Source: a virus
Taxonomy: Duplodnaviria > Heunggongvirae > Uroviricota > Caudoviricetes
Strand: one strand, 5' to 3'
DNA: 44,407 nt
Virus record (IMG/VR): IMGVR_UViG_3300010279_000003
Span: 1-44,407 of that record
Below are positions 1-9,247 of this stretch, one piece after another (positions within the stretch are counted from its first letter, which is position 1; every line of letters begins with the position of its first letter). The notes beneath the pieces are model-generated. The model had not been told where the DNA came from and did no database searches. It was given only the letters and a program-made list of their open reading frames with translations. Made by a program: the position numbers and the translations under genes.

Positions 1-123
1 TCATAGACTTCTTCCAGGACGGTAACTCGAACTCCAGTCAGTACCTTATCAACCATGTAACGGTTAAAGGGTGCAGCTTCATTGTAGACCGTAGCCGGTC
101 TCTGTCTGCGGCAATAACCTTAA
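1..123. repeat. Terminal direct repeat, identical to 44285..44407
   Basis: Exact 123-nt identity read directly from both ends of the window. Confidence 0.9.
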
Positions 124-752
124 ACGGTAGTATCCAGGGCATTATTTTTCAGAATAATTTCTTTGATGTTAAGCAGGCAATGGTGTCGGAACTGCCTGAT
201 GGTCGTACCGTACAATTGAAGCGGTTCAACTGGGATAGCAGTAACATCATTGGCGACGATAATACCGGAACCCGTACCGCATTAAATCTGTTTGAGACTC
301 TTCGCGTTTCGAGCATGACAAGATGTAATATAAGTATTCATATGCGGCATCCAAGTTCGGAACTGTATAGCTTCATGTATTTCAGGCCGAACGCTACAAC
401 ATTCAGCGACTGTACCTTTGAGGTATTGCCATATAGTTGGTCTTGCACATCCGGTAATCCTATATTTTTTGACAGTACAGGTGTCCCGGCATCTGGAATG
501 CGCGTCAGGTTTCCTAAACAAATTTCGTTCACATTGTCAGCCGGGGCTAACGTCCAACGCGTTACTGCTTCGGGGAGTTATGCTTGGGTGGCCCGGGCGG
601 ACGCTCTTGACCGCCGTGGTATTTCTGGGCAATTTGACGCTCCTGCATCCTATTCCGGTTCGAGCAATGGAGAATTGGTTGGTTTGGGGTGGCAGCTTGA
701 TGGCGTACAACATACGTATGACCATAACGTTCTTTTGCAAAGTTTTACCTGA
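1..752 (+). CDS. Tailspike, C-terminal part (continues the ORF from 42871..44407 across the linearisation point; codon phase starts at position 3; stop at 750..752)
   Basis: Frame of ORF 180..752 is open back to position 3 with no stop and is in phase with the ORF that runs off the window end; 1..123 duplicates 44285..44407. Confidence 0.75.
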   Translation, partial: IDFFQDGNSNSSQYLINHVTVKGCSFIVDRSRSLSAAITLNGSIQGIIFQNNFFDVKQAMVSELPDGRTVQLKRFNWDSSNIIGDDNTGTRTALNLFETLRVSSMTRCNISIHMRHPSSELYSFMYFRPNATTFSDCTFEVLPYSWSCTSGNPIFFDSTGVPASGMRVRFPKQISFTLSAGANVQRVTASGSYAWVARADALDRRGISGQFDAPASYSGSSNGELVGLGWQLDGVQHTYDHNVLLQSFT

Positions 753-765
753 CAAATAAAAACTA

Positions 766-790
766 AGGCCCCGTTTGGGGCCTTTTCTCT
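766..790. terminator. Bidirectional intrinsic terminator between tailspike (+) and HNH gene (-)
   Basis: Stem AGGCCCC/GGGGCCT, loop GTTT, T-rich tracts on both sides. Confidence 0.6.
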
Positions 791-831
791 ACTCTTCCGA
801 TAGCTTCTCCAGTACAAACGCCAGTTGCGCA

Positions 832-1326
832 TTAGCGGCGTCTCTTGACGCCGTGGTTTTCATGAAATCCGTAAGCAGCTTCTGCGGCTTTACGAACGGC
901 AACCGCCTCTTCTAATGCGCAAAAGAATCCAAGGTTAATGTGTTCGCCGTCAACACGAATAGTTGCGCGCCACTTCGATACATCCTTTCGCCAATACACG
1001 CCGGTGTATCCCGACTTATTATTAGTTAATAGCGCCCTGTTTCTGGAGTTACCTTTATTATTCGTTTTCCTTAAATTCTCTATCCTATCGTCCGCTCTGT
1101 TGTGATTGATGTGGTCTATTTGGTCGCCTTTATTTAATTTATCGGTTGGATTATGCATCTCCCATACGATATGACTAACTTTGTACTTTTTACCCAAACA
1201 GCTAACATATCGGTATCCGTTTTTGTTCACAGAACCCGCAACTATCCCCTCGGGCTTGTTCTTGCAAGGCTTATTAACCCAGTAAAGAACTCCTGAATCG
1301 TACCGGAAAACACTATACCAATTCAT
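832..1326 (-). CDS. HNH homing endonuclease with C-terminal AP2 DNA-binding domain
   Basis: HNH_3-like motif (GDQIDHINHNRADDRIENLR) followed by AP2-like segment (YTGVYWRKDVSKWRATIRVDGEHINLGFF). Confidence 0.75.
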   Translation of the reverse strand: MNWYSVFRYDSGVLYWVNKPCKNKPEGIVAGSVNKNGYRYVSCLGKKYKVSHIVWEMHNPTDKLNKGDQIDHINHNRADDRIENLRKTNNKGNSRNRALLTNNKSGYTGVYWRKDVSKWRATIRVDGEHINLGFFCALEEAVAVRKAAEAAYGFHENHGVKRRR

Positions 1327-1466
1327 TCCACTCCACCCGTTATGATTTCAACAAATATCTGTATCTGAGAGTTTGCACTGTCGAGTTGCTGCCGTAGGCG
1401 TAGAACCTCTTCTTCAAGTTCCTTGATACGTTTTTGCAATGCAGGAATCGGGGCTATGATGTTCAT
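1323..1466 (-). CDS. Small hypothetical protein (~47 aa, coiled-coil-like)
   Basis: Short ORF with ATGA-type overlaps to both neighbours; coordinates approximate. Confidence 0.3.
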   Translation of the reverse strand: MNIIAPIPALQKRIKELEEEVLRLRQQLDSANSQIQIFVEIITGGVE

Positions 1467-2887
1467 TTCTTACCTCGTCTCTTCATGTAATTAAGCAACT
1501 CTTCCTGTACCGATTTCTTCTCGTCTGTACGCGCGGCGACAACCTCGTCCAGCGTATCTTTAGCCACGATGTGGTAGAGAAACACCGGGCGCTCGTGGCC
1601 CGCCTGTTTCTGGCGTACCGGGCCTATGCGCTCAACAACCTGCAAATAGTGCTCAAGGTTCCATCCTTGCGAAATAAACGCCAGATGATGGCCGCCGTCC
1701 TGTAAATTCAAACCATGGCCGGCTGACGCAGGGTGGACGCACAAAATCTCGATTTCGCCCCGGTTCCACGCTTCCATCTGCTTATTACCCTTAGCGCCTT
1801 TGGCAAACGCCTGCGCCTGAGGGAATCGCTTAAGGATACGCTCCAGTTCGTGCTTAAACTGATAGGCCACCAGTAACGGTGCACCCTGTAGCTCCTCAAC
1901 AATGGACTCAAGCGCATCCAGTTTCGTGTCGTGCACTTTCTCCCAGTCTTTCGTTGCTTCGCCGTCCGGTCCTGATACATACACAGCACCAGATGCAATC
2001 TGTAAACACTTCGACGTCTTTGCTGCCGCGTTAGCCGCTTCAACTTCTCCGCTCTCAAGTTCCGCGAATAACTTTTCCTCCATATCGATGTACGCCTGGC
2101 GCGCCTTCTTCGGCAGGTCGATTTCAACAGGGACGATAACGGGCGCTTCGCAGCCAAACCACTCGGCAGCGTCAATCGTGAGACTGATGTCCTTCATCTT
2201 CTGGTGAATTTCATTATCCGCGCCAGGGCGCGCATGATACTCACGTGCCATAGCCGATTTGCCTTTCTGTACTGAGTTAAACCAGCGGTCGGTGAATGCC
2301 GTGTACGACGACCCCAGGCGCTCACCCGCGTCGATAAACCAGTTCTGGCCCCACAAGTCTTTTAGGCCGTTTGGTGACGGTGTGCCTGTAAGGTTAATGA
2401 AACGCTTAACCTTTCCGAACGCCACTTTGCTAAGCGCCTTTGCCCGCTTGCTACCACCTGAACGGCTGCGGAATGATTTTAGTTTCGTGCTTTCATCGGC
2501 GACAATAACCGTAAAAGGCCAGTCGTCTTTGCCGTAGTAGTCAATCAGCCATTCAATAACTTCGTAGTTGGTGCACACCACGTTAGCGTCAGACTCCAGC
2601 GCCGCGATGCGGCGCTTTTCTGAACCGGTGGCATCGACGACACGCAGACACGGGAAACCCCACTTAGTTTGTTCTGAGGGCCATGTGCCGGACGCAACAC
2701 GCAGCGGGGCGAGGATTAACACTCGGTCGTCGTCATTAAGTTGGCCGTTGCGGAACAGTCGGTTAAGCACCCACATCGTTGCGGAACTTTTGCCCGCGCC
2801 CATCGAAGCCCAAATATTACAGCGCGGATGTTGCAACATGAACGAAGTCATGAGCTTCTGGTACTCTCGACGGATAAATTTAGACAT
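1463..2887 (-). CDS. SNF2/DEAD-like superfamily 2 DNA helicase
   Basis: Walker A (GAGKSS) and DESTKLK box; 474 aa. Confidence 0.85.
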   Translation of the reverse strand: MSKFIRREYQKLMTSFMLQHPRCNIWASMGAGKSSATMWVLNRLFRNGQLNDDDRVLILAPLRVASGTWPSEQTKWGFPCLRVVDATGSEKRRIAALESDANVVCTNYEVIEWLIDYYGKDDWPFTVIVADESTKLKSFRSRSGGSKRAKALSKVAFGKVKRFINLTGTPSPNGLKDLWGQNWFIDAGERLGSSYTAFTDRWFNSVQKGKSAMAREYHARPGADNEIHQKMKDISLTIDAAEWFGCEAPVIVPVEIDLPKKARQAYIDMEEKLFAELESGEVEAANAAAKTSKCLQIASGAVYVSGPDGEATKDWEKVHDTKLDALESIVEELQGAPLLVAYQFKHELERILKRFPQAQAFAKGAKGNKQMEAWNRGEIEILCVHPASAGHGLNLQDGGHHLAFISQGWNLEHYLQVVERIGPVRQKQAGHERPVFLYHIVAKDTLDEVVAARTDEKKSVQEELLNYMKRRGKK

Positions 2888-2889
2888 AA

Positions 2890-3084
2890 TTAACCCTTAA
2901 CGTAGAGCACCAGCTCTTTACGCCCGAACGCCGTAACGTTACCAGTTACATCTTCGATAACCAGTTTACCGTTCGACTCGACGAACACCGTATCAACGGC
3001 AACAGGACGACGGGTCTTAACGCTGAAAATCATGTCGCCTGGTACGATGTCACGTGCTGGCTTGCGGTCATATTCGTGTTTCAT
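2890..3084 (-). CDS. Hypothetical protein
   Basis: 64-aa ORF tightly packed between helicase and VRR-NUC genes. Confidence 0.45.
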   Translation of the reverse strand: MKHEYDRKPARDIVPGDMIFSVKTRRPVAVDTVFVESNGKLVIEDVTGNVTAFGRKELVLYVKG

Positions 3085-3114
3085 TTCTCAATTCCTTATA
3101 TTGTTGGTGTGTGA

Positions 3115-3399
3115 TTAACTATAATAGCTCGCTATTAGGTCGTCAACCTGTTTAAACGAACCAACGACAAAAACATTTGCACCACGTTTGCTCATCCGCT
3201 CGTGCTCTCGTAGCTGATGCGGGTCCGGCTTCGTGTTTTCGTCTTTCTTAACCTCGACAAACCAGACTATGCCGCCTGGGAGAATTACCAGCAGGTCAGG
3301 AGCGCCCGCTCTATTTTCGTAGGAAAGTTTACGAACGAGGCCGCCAATGGCCTCGAATTGCTCTTTTGCGTATTTCTGAATCTTGCCTTCCGGTGTCAT
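3115..3399 (-). CDS. VRR-NUC domain nuclease (PD-(D/E)XK fold)
   Basis: 94 aa with PD...EVK motif (APDLLVILPGGIVWFVEVKKDEN). Confidence 0.7.
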   Translation of the reverse strand: MTPEGKIQKYAKEQFEAIGGLVRKLSYENRAGAPDLLVILPGGIVWFVEVKKDENTKPDPHQLREHERMSKRGANVFVVGSFKQVDDLIASYYS

Positions 3400-3679
3400 C
3401 AGTCCGTTACCTTACACAAAACGGCAACACCTAAAAACACGGCTACGATTACCATAATAAAGGTAAGCATTGTCATAATACGCACCCCTCACGTTTCGTT
3501 TGTTCAATACCGCAGCGCGGACAGATTCGACAGTCTTCTTCATAAAACCAGTATATTTTCATTCCAGCACCCACAGATAAATTGCGATGAACATGCCCAA
3601 TACGGCAACCATCATGCCGTATTGACCCTCATGACAGTAGACACCGGCGGCGAATCCCGCCAGTACCGCGATAATCAGT

Positions 3680-5881
3680 TTACTTAGCATAGCGTTTTAA
3701 CTCCGCACCTTCCGCTACAAGAGGGAAACCCTCCGCCCACTCAGGCAGCGAACACATTAATTTTTCCAGTTCAGCCACCGTGTACTCTGGGGCATCTGGA
3801 GTTTCGCACACCAATTCATCGTGTACCGAAAGCACGATGGGGTACCCGCCGCCTTCAACGTTAATCATCGCATACGCAAGTAAATCACGGCACAGCGCCT
3901 GAACAATGTTTTCGCAGGCTTTACCGCCGTGGGTGTACAGGGTAGTCCATTGGCGGGTTAACTGGTTTTCCCCCTGATACTTGATTCGCACATTCGTGTT
4001 TACCCGTCCGTCTTCGTCCGTTTCCTTTGTCACACTAACGCCGATTCCCGGATACGAGAGGATGCGACCTGACGGCAACTCCATGCATAACCACCAACCA
4101 GGAACCTTCCTGCCGGATGAATCAAATTCTACAGTACGCCATATGCGGATAGCCCTTTCCCCATTCCTTCGCAAGTGTGCTCCCGCCCAAAATTCACGAC
4201 CAGGATTACGCACAGCGGCTAAAATTCCGTCTTTAAGGTCACGCCAGAACGCTACTGTTTCAGGGTGTGACTCACGCCACATACGCTTGATTGCGTCGCA
4301 TGTGCGCCACACTTTCTTGTCAAGAATATATGATGGTCGATCGTCCTTTTCCCCTGGATGCGGGGGGCGCTTGGCTTCCTGGATGCGAGCCCATTCATAT
4401 CCTCTCGCGGTGGCTGACCAGATGTGGTCGGGGAATGTACCGTCCATTGTTTTTGCCATCTCAATAAGGTCAAGACCTAAGTTTTTGGCGAACGTAACGA
4501 ACGCTCCTACGCCGCCCTCGTAGCCGAGGCCAAGCTCGCAAGCCTTGCCTATCTGTCTTATTTCCTTGAAGTTTTTCTTAATATCGTCGGGGTCCATGCC
4601 AAACATCTTGCCCGCGGTTACACAGTAAATATCCAGTCCGGCGCGGAACGTATCGAGCGCGGTTTCTTCACCTGCCAGCCACGCAAGCCCGCGGCCTTCA
4701 ACGTTAGAGTAATCGGCGACGACAAACTTACGCCCGGCTTCCGGTATTATGCAGCTACGCACAGTAGATGCCGTTAGTTTGGCTACATCAAAACGGCGAT
4801 GGGCGCGGCCCTTAAGTAACGCCGAAATGCCTTTATCCAGCTCATAATCGTGATAGTAACCGCGTGCCAGGTTCTGCGGCTGGAAGCCTTTACCTGCCCA
4901 TCGCAGAGTACGTTTTGCCCCACCGTACTGCAAGCAACCGCGACGGCGGTCGTCCGAAGAGCGGCCCAGCAGCAGCGGGTTATATTTCGTGGACGCCGTG
5001 GACGCGGCCCCGAGGCGCATTTCGATAATCGTGCGTGCGTCGTCCGGTAAATCATCGTCCGCAAGCAAGTCATTCAGTGTCGACTTCTGCGCGTTGTGAA
5101 TACGGTGCGCAGGCGCAAGTTCACGCAGAATCGGAAGAAAGTCCTTCCCAGTAAGCGAGCAGCCGTGTTTGCGTTGGGCCTCTTCCTGTAACTGCGCTTT
5201 GTGTTTCTCCACGGCTTCAATCGCGGCTTCCGCCAGTGCCACGTCAACCTTAAACCCGCGGTCGTTGATTAACTGGTCCAGTTCCAGTACACGGTCTTCG
5301 AACTCGGAGTTACCCCACCGCGGCAGCTTATGGAAGACTTCACGCATTGCGGTGATGTCACTCACGGCGTATTTGATGAACAGTGCCCACTCGTCCGGGT
5401 GTGTTTCAGCGGTGTAGCGACGGATTTTGTAGTTCTTCGGCGTCGGTTTAGAGAAACGCTGAATCAGCGCCTTGCCTCGTTTGTCTTTCGCGTTGTCTGC
5501 TGACACGCCCAGCACTTCGCACAACGCATCGAGGGAACCCGGCAGCGCGTGACGAAACGCCCAAATCATCGTATCAATGGTGTTGCCTACAGGAATATCA
5601 AAGTCCCAGCAGTGTTTCATGATGAGCCTATCGAACATTGAGCCGTTGTGCCATACCATCTTGATGCGACTGTTCGGCTTAACCAGACGGCGTAGAGCGC
5701 GGTGTAAATCACCCGGCATGTCGCTGCCGTCGGTGCAATCCCATACCTGCACAGGCTCGTCGTCAAAGGCATAGGTACAGATGAGCACTTCGGTTGACGG
5801 GTGTTCGGCGTAAGCGTAGGAGCCGACTTTCTTCAAATCGGCTTCGGAGAATGTTTCAAAGTCCAGGTATAAGTAGCTCAT
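3680..5881 (-). CDS. DNA polymerase, family A, with 3'-5' exonuclease domain
   Basis: Exo motif YLDFETFS; pol motifs DYSNVEGR, RQIGKACELGLGYEGG, VHDELV; start set at ATG 5881 (MSYLYLDFE) with AAGGA RBS rather than the upstream alternative start in the ORF track. Confidence 0.9.
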   Translation of the reverse strand: MSYLYLDFETFSEADLKKVGSYAYAEHPSTEVLICTYAFDDEPVQVWDCTDGSDMPGDLHRALRRLVKPNSRIKMVWHNGSMFDRLIMKHCWDFDIPVGNTIDTMIWAFRHALPGSLDALCEVLGVSADNAKDKRGKALIQRFSKPTPKNYKIRRYTAETHPDEWALFIKYAVSDITAMREVFHKLPRWGNSEFEDRVLELDQLINDRGFKVDVALAEAAIEAVEKHKAQLQEEAQRKHGCSLTGKDFLPILRELAPAHRIHNAQKSTLNDLLADDDLPDDARTIIEMRLGAASTASTKYNPLLLGRSSDDRRRGCLQYGGAKRTLRWAGKGFQPQNLARGYYHDYELDKGISALLKGRAHRRFDVAKLTASTVRSCIIPEAGRKFVVADYSNVEGRGLAWLAGEETALDTFRAGLDIYCVTAGKMFGMDPDDIKKNFKEIRQIGKACELGLGYEGGVGAFVTFAKNLGLDLIEMAKTMDGTFPDHIWSATARGYEWARIQEAKRPPHPGEKDDRPSYILDKKVWRTCDAIKRMWRESHPETVAFWRDLKDGILAAVRNPGREFWAGAHLRRNGERAIRIWRTVEFDSSGRKVPGWWLCMELPSGRILSYPGIGVSVTKETDEDGRVNTNVRIKYQGENQLTRQWTTLYTHGGKACENIVQALCRDLLAYAMINVEGGGYPIVLSVHDELVCETPDAPEYTVAELEKLMCSLPEWAEGFPLVAEGAELKRYAK

Positions 5882-6046
5882 TTCTTTTTCCTTAAATCCA
5901 GTGCCTTCGTTTCGCTTAATCTTATTTTCATACAATCACGACAAATCCACACATGTCTGTACCCGGCGCGGTACTCATCCGCGTACCACGGAAGTGGCTT
6001 CATGTATCGGTATACGTGCTTACAGAAAAACATTATTTTCGACCCT

Positions 6047-6072
6047 TAGTAAAAAGGCCCAATGAAGGGCCT
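6047..6072 (-). terminator. Intrinsic terminator (minus orientation) after the 6093..6725 gene
   Basis: Stem AGGCCC/GGGCCT followed by T-run on the minus strand. Confidence 0.45.
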
Positions 6073-6092
6073 CAGTTAAATTGGTTCAGATA

Positions 6093-6725
6093 TTAACGGC
6101 GACGACGTTCGCGGCGAGGTGCTTCATCTTTTTCATCGTCATCGTCTTCCAGGTCATTGACGCTTGCGGCGACTTTAGAACCACCAAACGCTTTACCTTC
6201 GCCAACATATTTAATTGCCAGCAGGTTAACGCCTAGAACTTTATATTTCTGGCTGAACCAGATTTCAACGCTTACATTAGCTACGCAGCCACTGTAAACC
6301 TGTTCACCTTCAATCTGTTCGCCGTCTACGTTGAAGTCCTGCTCTACCTGAGTCTCACCTTTTTTAGATGTTACAATCAGTGGCTGTTTCTGTGCCTTAG
6401 CTTTGAAGTAGAAGCCTTCCGGGAAGTCTTCAAACGGATTGTCGCGTTCAGCAATATCTTTAATTGCACATTTATCCATGTGCTTACCTTCGCCGTAGTT
6501 GGACTTCATCCACTTCTCGGCAGCGGCTGCGCCTAACGCTTCTTCAACTACAGCGTAGACAGTGTCGTAGAGCGCGTCGATTTGCGCGTGGTCAGACGGC
6601 AGGATTATAGTCGCGCTGTACTGGCCTTTAGTGATGGAGCCATCATCGTTTTCACGGTCTTTTTCGCGTTCGAATACGTTAACCCAGGCAGTGTTTACTT
6701 TACGCAGATTCAGCTTAATACCCAT
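6093..6725 (-). CDS. Hypothetical replication-module protein (possibly DUF2815-like)
   Basis: 210 aa, basic C-terminal tail RRERRRR; family assignment is from memory only. Confidence 0.55.
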   Translation of the reverse strand: MGIKLNLRKVNTAWVNVFEREKDRENDDGSITKGQYSATIILPSDHAQIDALYDTVYAVVEEALGAAAAEKWMKSNYGEGKHMDKCAIKDIAERDNPFEDFPEGFYFKAKAQKQPLIVTSKKGETQVEQDFNVDGEQIEGEQVYSGCVANVSVEIWFSQKYKVLGVNLLAIKYVGEGKAFGGSKVAASVNDLEDDDDEKDEAPRRERRRR

Positions 6726-6781
6726 ATCTCGATTCCTCAGTTTTTAGTTTACTCCGGGAAGCTGCCCGGCCAGTGATTAGA

Positions 6782-6810
6782 ACTATAATAGCCAACTATT
6801 CAGGTGTCAA
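6782..6810 (-). promoter_or_regulatory. Sigma70-like promoter, class A (TTGACA-N17-TATAGT)
   Basis: Read on minus strand; near-identical copy at 8922..8950. Confidence 0.55.
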
Positions 6811-6814
6811 CACT

Positions 6815-8056
6815 TTATTCCAAATCTTCTTCACTAACCTGATTCCACTCAGGCCGTTTGTCGTCTGCCGTTGTGATGCATGGGGCACCTGGTTTACGTG
6901 TGATGAAGTCTTTCAGTTCTTCTTCCGGCACAACTTTAACCGCTTCGGTCGGCGTCATGAGCACTTCTTTAGTCAGCTTGTCGCCGTAGAGTTCTGTTAC
7001 TTTCTCCGCGTCTTTCCACGCACGATTGCCCATCTTACCTTCAACCAGCTTGTACCCAGGAACTTTCTTACCGGAATGCAACGCGGCAGCCATAGCTTTC
7101 TCAACCTTGTCGATGTGCTGGCGCAACAACGGCAACTTCTCGTACTCAGCTACGAGTTCCTCCGGCGTAAGTTCCAGCGCAAAGTCGTCCTCCAGTTCTT
7201 CCGCCAGCACCGCGTTGACGGTTTTTGTACGCGCGGCACACTGTTCAGAGAACCGGCACCACTGACAGCCATCGACCGACGGCTTGAAATCCGACGCTTT
7301 CAGGTTCTTCTTACCGCGGAAATATGCATCTAACGCTAACAGGGCACGTTTCTGTGCAAACTTAGCGAACAGTTCCAGACCTTCAACCGAGATGTCCCAC
7401 TCCGACGCACCGCCAGCGTACGGCTGGAAGATGACCAGACGAACGGTTGTTATGTTATAACGTCTCTTGAGTCGGCGATAAACACCTAGAGCGTAGAGCA
7501 TAAGCTGCTTGTTTTCTTTCGCTTCGACACGATGCCGTCCTGTTTTCAGGTCGCCGATGATAAGCATGTGCCCGTCAGTGTTAGCCAGTTCCTGAACGGC
7601 AACAAGGTCAGCGGTTCCGAACGTCTCAACGCCTTCATACCCAGGATGCAATACCTCAGTAAGATTGACGCGCATTTCCAGCTTGGCGTAAGTTGCTACA
7701 TCGATAATCGGTTTGCAGTAGGCGGTGTACTTTCGCACCTGCTCAATCATGTCCGCCGTAATCAGTACCGCGCCTTTCATCGGGCTGATTAGCGCCTTAA
7801 TCTGGCCTTTACCCTCATCCAGCACGTAAGCACCAACTTCACGCTCTAACGGCAACGCAGTGCCTTTGATGTACTGGTTTAGGTGCATCTCAGCTATCGT
7901 GTGCATGGCGGTACCTAGTACCGCCGCTTTGCCGGATGTGTTAGGAATATCTTTTTCACAGGCCAGCGATGCAGCGCAGCTTAGCCACTTTTTAGCGCCC
8001 GACGGCGACAATAAGGCGTGCACATCATTATTGCCACCGCGTTCTTTTAGAATCAT
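6815..8056 (-). CDS. Cas4/RecB-like PD-(D/E)XK nuclease (DUF2800-like) with C-terminal Cys cluster
   Basis: C-terminal CQWCRFSEQC motif; start set at ATG 8056 (MILKER) overlapping upstream stop; ends ...SEEDLE. Confidence 0.7.
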   Translation of the reverse strand: MILKERGGNNDVHALLSPSGAKKWLSCAASLACEKDIPNTSGKAAVLGTAMHTIAEMHLNQYIKGTALPLEREVGAYVLDEGKGQIKALISPMKGAVLITADMIEQVRKYTAYCKPIIDVATYAKLEMRVNLTEVLHPGYEGVETFGTADLVAVQELANTDGHMLIIGDLKTGRHRVEAKENKQLMLYALGVYRRLKRRYNITTVRLVIFQPYAGGASEWDISVEGLELFAKFAQKRALLALDAYFRGKKNLKASDFKPSVDGCQWCRFSEQCAARTKTVNAVLAEELEDDFALELTPEELVAEYEKLPLLRQHIDKVEKAMAAALHSGKKVPGYKLVEGKMGNRAWKDAEKVTELYGDKLTKEVLMTPTEAVKVVPEEELKDFITRKPGAPCITTADDKRPEWNQVSEEDLE

Positions 8057-8325
8057 GCTCTGTTCTCCCACGGGTCAATTAAATGCCGTGTCTTGTGGTC
8101 GCAATGTAAGGCCCATCCATACATCGACTCGAAGACATAAAAGTCAGGTTTGGCGAATGTCGTGCGCTTAATCTGCGACACATGACGGCCTATATCTTTA
8201 GCCCGCGGTACTTTGCCTAAGTACGCCATCTCTTCCATCTGGTGCGCACCGGACGGCGCACGCAACAGCCACAACGCCTCTGTGTTATCCCGCCTGTCTA
8301 CGGCGCGGTATAGTTGGTAAATCAT
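8053..8325 (-). CDS. Hypothetical protein
   Basis: 90-aa ORF in operon context. Confidence 0.5.
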   Translation of the reverse strand: MIYQLYRAVDRRDNTEALWLLRAPSGAHQMEEMAYLGKVPRAKDIGRHVSQIKRTTFAKPDFYVFESMYGWALHCDHKTRHLIDPWENRA

Positions 8326-8368
8326 AATCCCGACCCTCAGTTAAAGCGGCCCGAAGGCCGCGGGATAG

Positions 8369-8890
8369 TTATTCTTCTTCGAAATACTTGTTCTTGATTG
8401 CTGTCAGGCGTTCCAGGTACTCGGCCAGGTCTTCGTCTTTAATCGCGGCAATCTTCATCTTCTTACCGGTGAACTCTTCCAGCAGTTCGTCAGAATCGTC
8501 GCACGCGGCATCGCTTGGGCCTTCGTTAATCGCATCGTCGATAGCCTGAATCTGGTCGCGCAGAGACTGATAATTGACTTCTTCCTTCTCTTCTTCCGGT
8601 TCTGGCGTCTGCTCCTCTACTTTAGCTTTACGCGGCTTGCGTTTCGGCTTCTCTTCTTCCGCCGGTTTAGTGTCAACGAGGTCTTCACCTTCGACTGGGA
8701 GTTCTTTCGCCTTCTCGACTTCTTCAAGTGCTTTAGCCAGTTCTTTTTTAACTGTCTCCACCCCAGTTACCGCGACGTCAACAGTCAATTCACCTACAGA
8801 TTTATTAGTCGGTTGTTTCACACTGTTCGCAGCAATCAGTTCATGTGCAACTACGAAACGTTCCAGTAATACTAAGAATTTCTCTAACAT
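8369..8890 (-). CDS. Hypothetical Glu/Lys-rich protein
   Basis: 173 aa; first gene downstream of class A promoter at 8922..8950. Confidence 0.55.
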   Translation of the reverse strand: MLEKFLVLLERFVVAHELIAANSVKQPTNKSVGELTVDVAVTGVETVKKELAKALEEVEKAKELPVEGEDLVDTKPAEEEKPKRKPRKAKVEEQTPEPEEEKEEVNYQSLRDQIQAIDDAINEGPSDAACDDSDELLEEFTGKKMKIAAIKDEDLAEYLERLTAIKNKYFEEE

Positions 8891-8921
8891 TATTTATTCT
8901 CCTCTCGTTTGGTATGGGCTA

Positions 8922-8950
8922 ACTATAATAGCGAACTATTCACTTGTCAA
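8922..8950 (-). promoter_or_regulatory. Sigma70-like promoter, class A (TTGACA-N17-TATAGT)
   Basis: Read on minus strand; spacer contains GAATAGTT as in the 6782..6810 copy. Confidence 0.55.
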
Positions 8951-8954
8951 TGGG

Positions 8955-8983
8955 CTTTTCTAAAATAATTAATATGGTACTAT
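8955..8983 (+). promoter_or_regulatory. Candidate promoter for the XRE regulator (extended -10 TGgTACTAT, weak -35)
   Basis: TACTAT at 8978..8983 with TG two bases upstream; lies back-to-back with the minus-strand class A promoter. Confidence 0.35.
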
Positions 8984-9014
8984 TCACATATCAACTGACT
9001 AAGGAGTAATTGAC

Positions 9015-9230
9015 ATGCAACCATCTGAACTAGGCATCCGTGTAGAACAGCGCCGTAAAGAACTCGGCATTTCCCAACGCCGTCTGGCGGTGCTGACCGG
9101 GGTTTCCCAGGGCGCAATTAACCAGCTGGCACTTGGGGTAACCCAGGACGTCCGCCCGGCAACGCTGTTTAAACTGGCGGAAGTGCTGGAGGTAGACGCC
9201 AAGTGGCTGGCGCTAGGTGAAGGGGCTTAA
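9015..9230 (+). CDS. XRE-family helix-turn-helix transcriptional regulator (Cro/CI-like)
   Basis: 71 aa, HTH_3 signature (LGISQRRLAVLTGVSQGAINQL); AAGGAG RBS. Confidence 0.8.
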   Translation: MQPSELGIRVEQRRKELGISQRRLAVLTGVSQGAINQLALGVTQDVRPATLFKLAEVLEVDAKWLALGEGA

Positions 9231-9245
9231 TGCCCCTTTCTTTTT
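9221..9245 (+). terminator. Intrinsic terminator after the XRE gene
   Basis: Stem AGGGGC/GCCCCT, loop TTAAT, T-rich tail. Confidence 0.5.
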
Positions 9246-9247
9246 AC

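Noticed and set aside
180-752. ORF-track ORF 180..752 as an independent 190-aa gene
   Set aside because: The frame is open upstream to position 3 and is in phase with the tailspike ORF that runs off the window end, so it is the 3' part of that gene
1708-2175. 155-aa minus-strand ORF inside the helicase gene
   Set aside because: Alternative frame of a well-supported gene; Arg-rich composition, no independent signals
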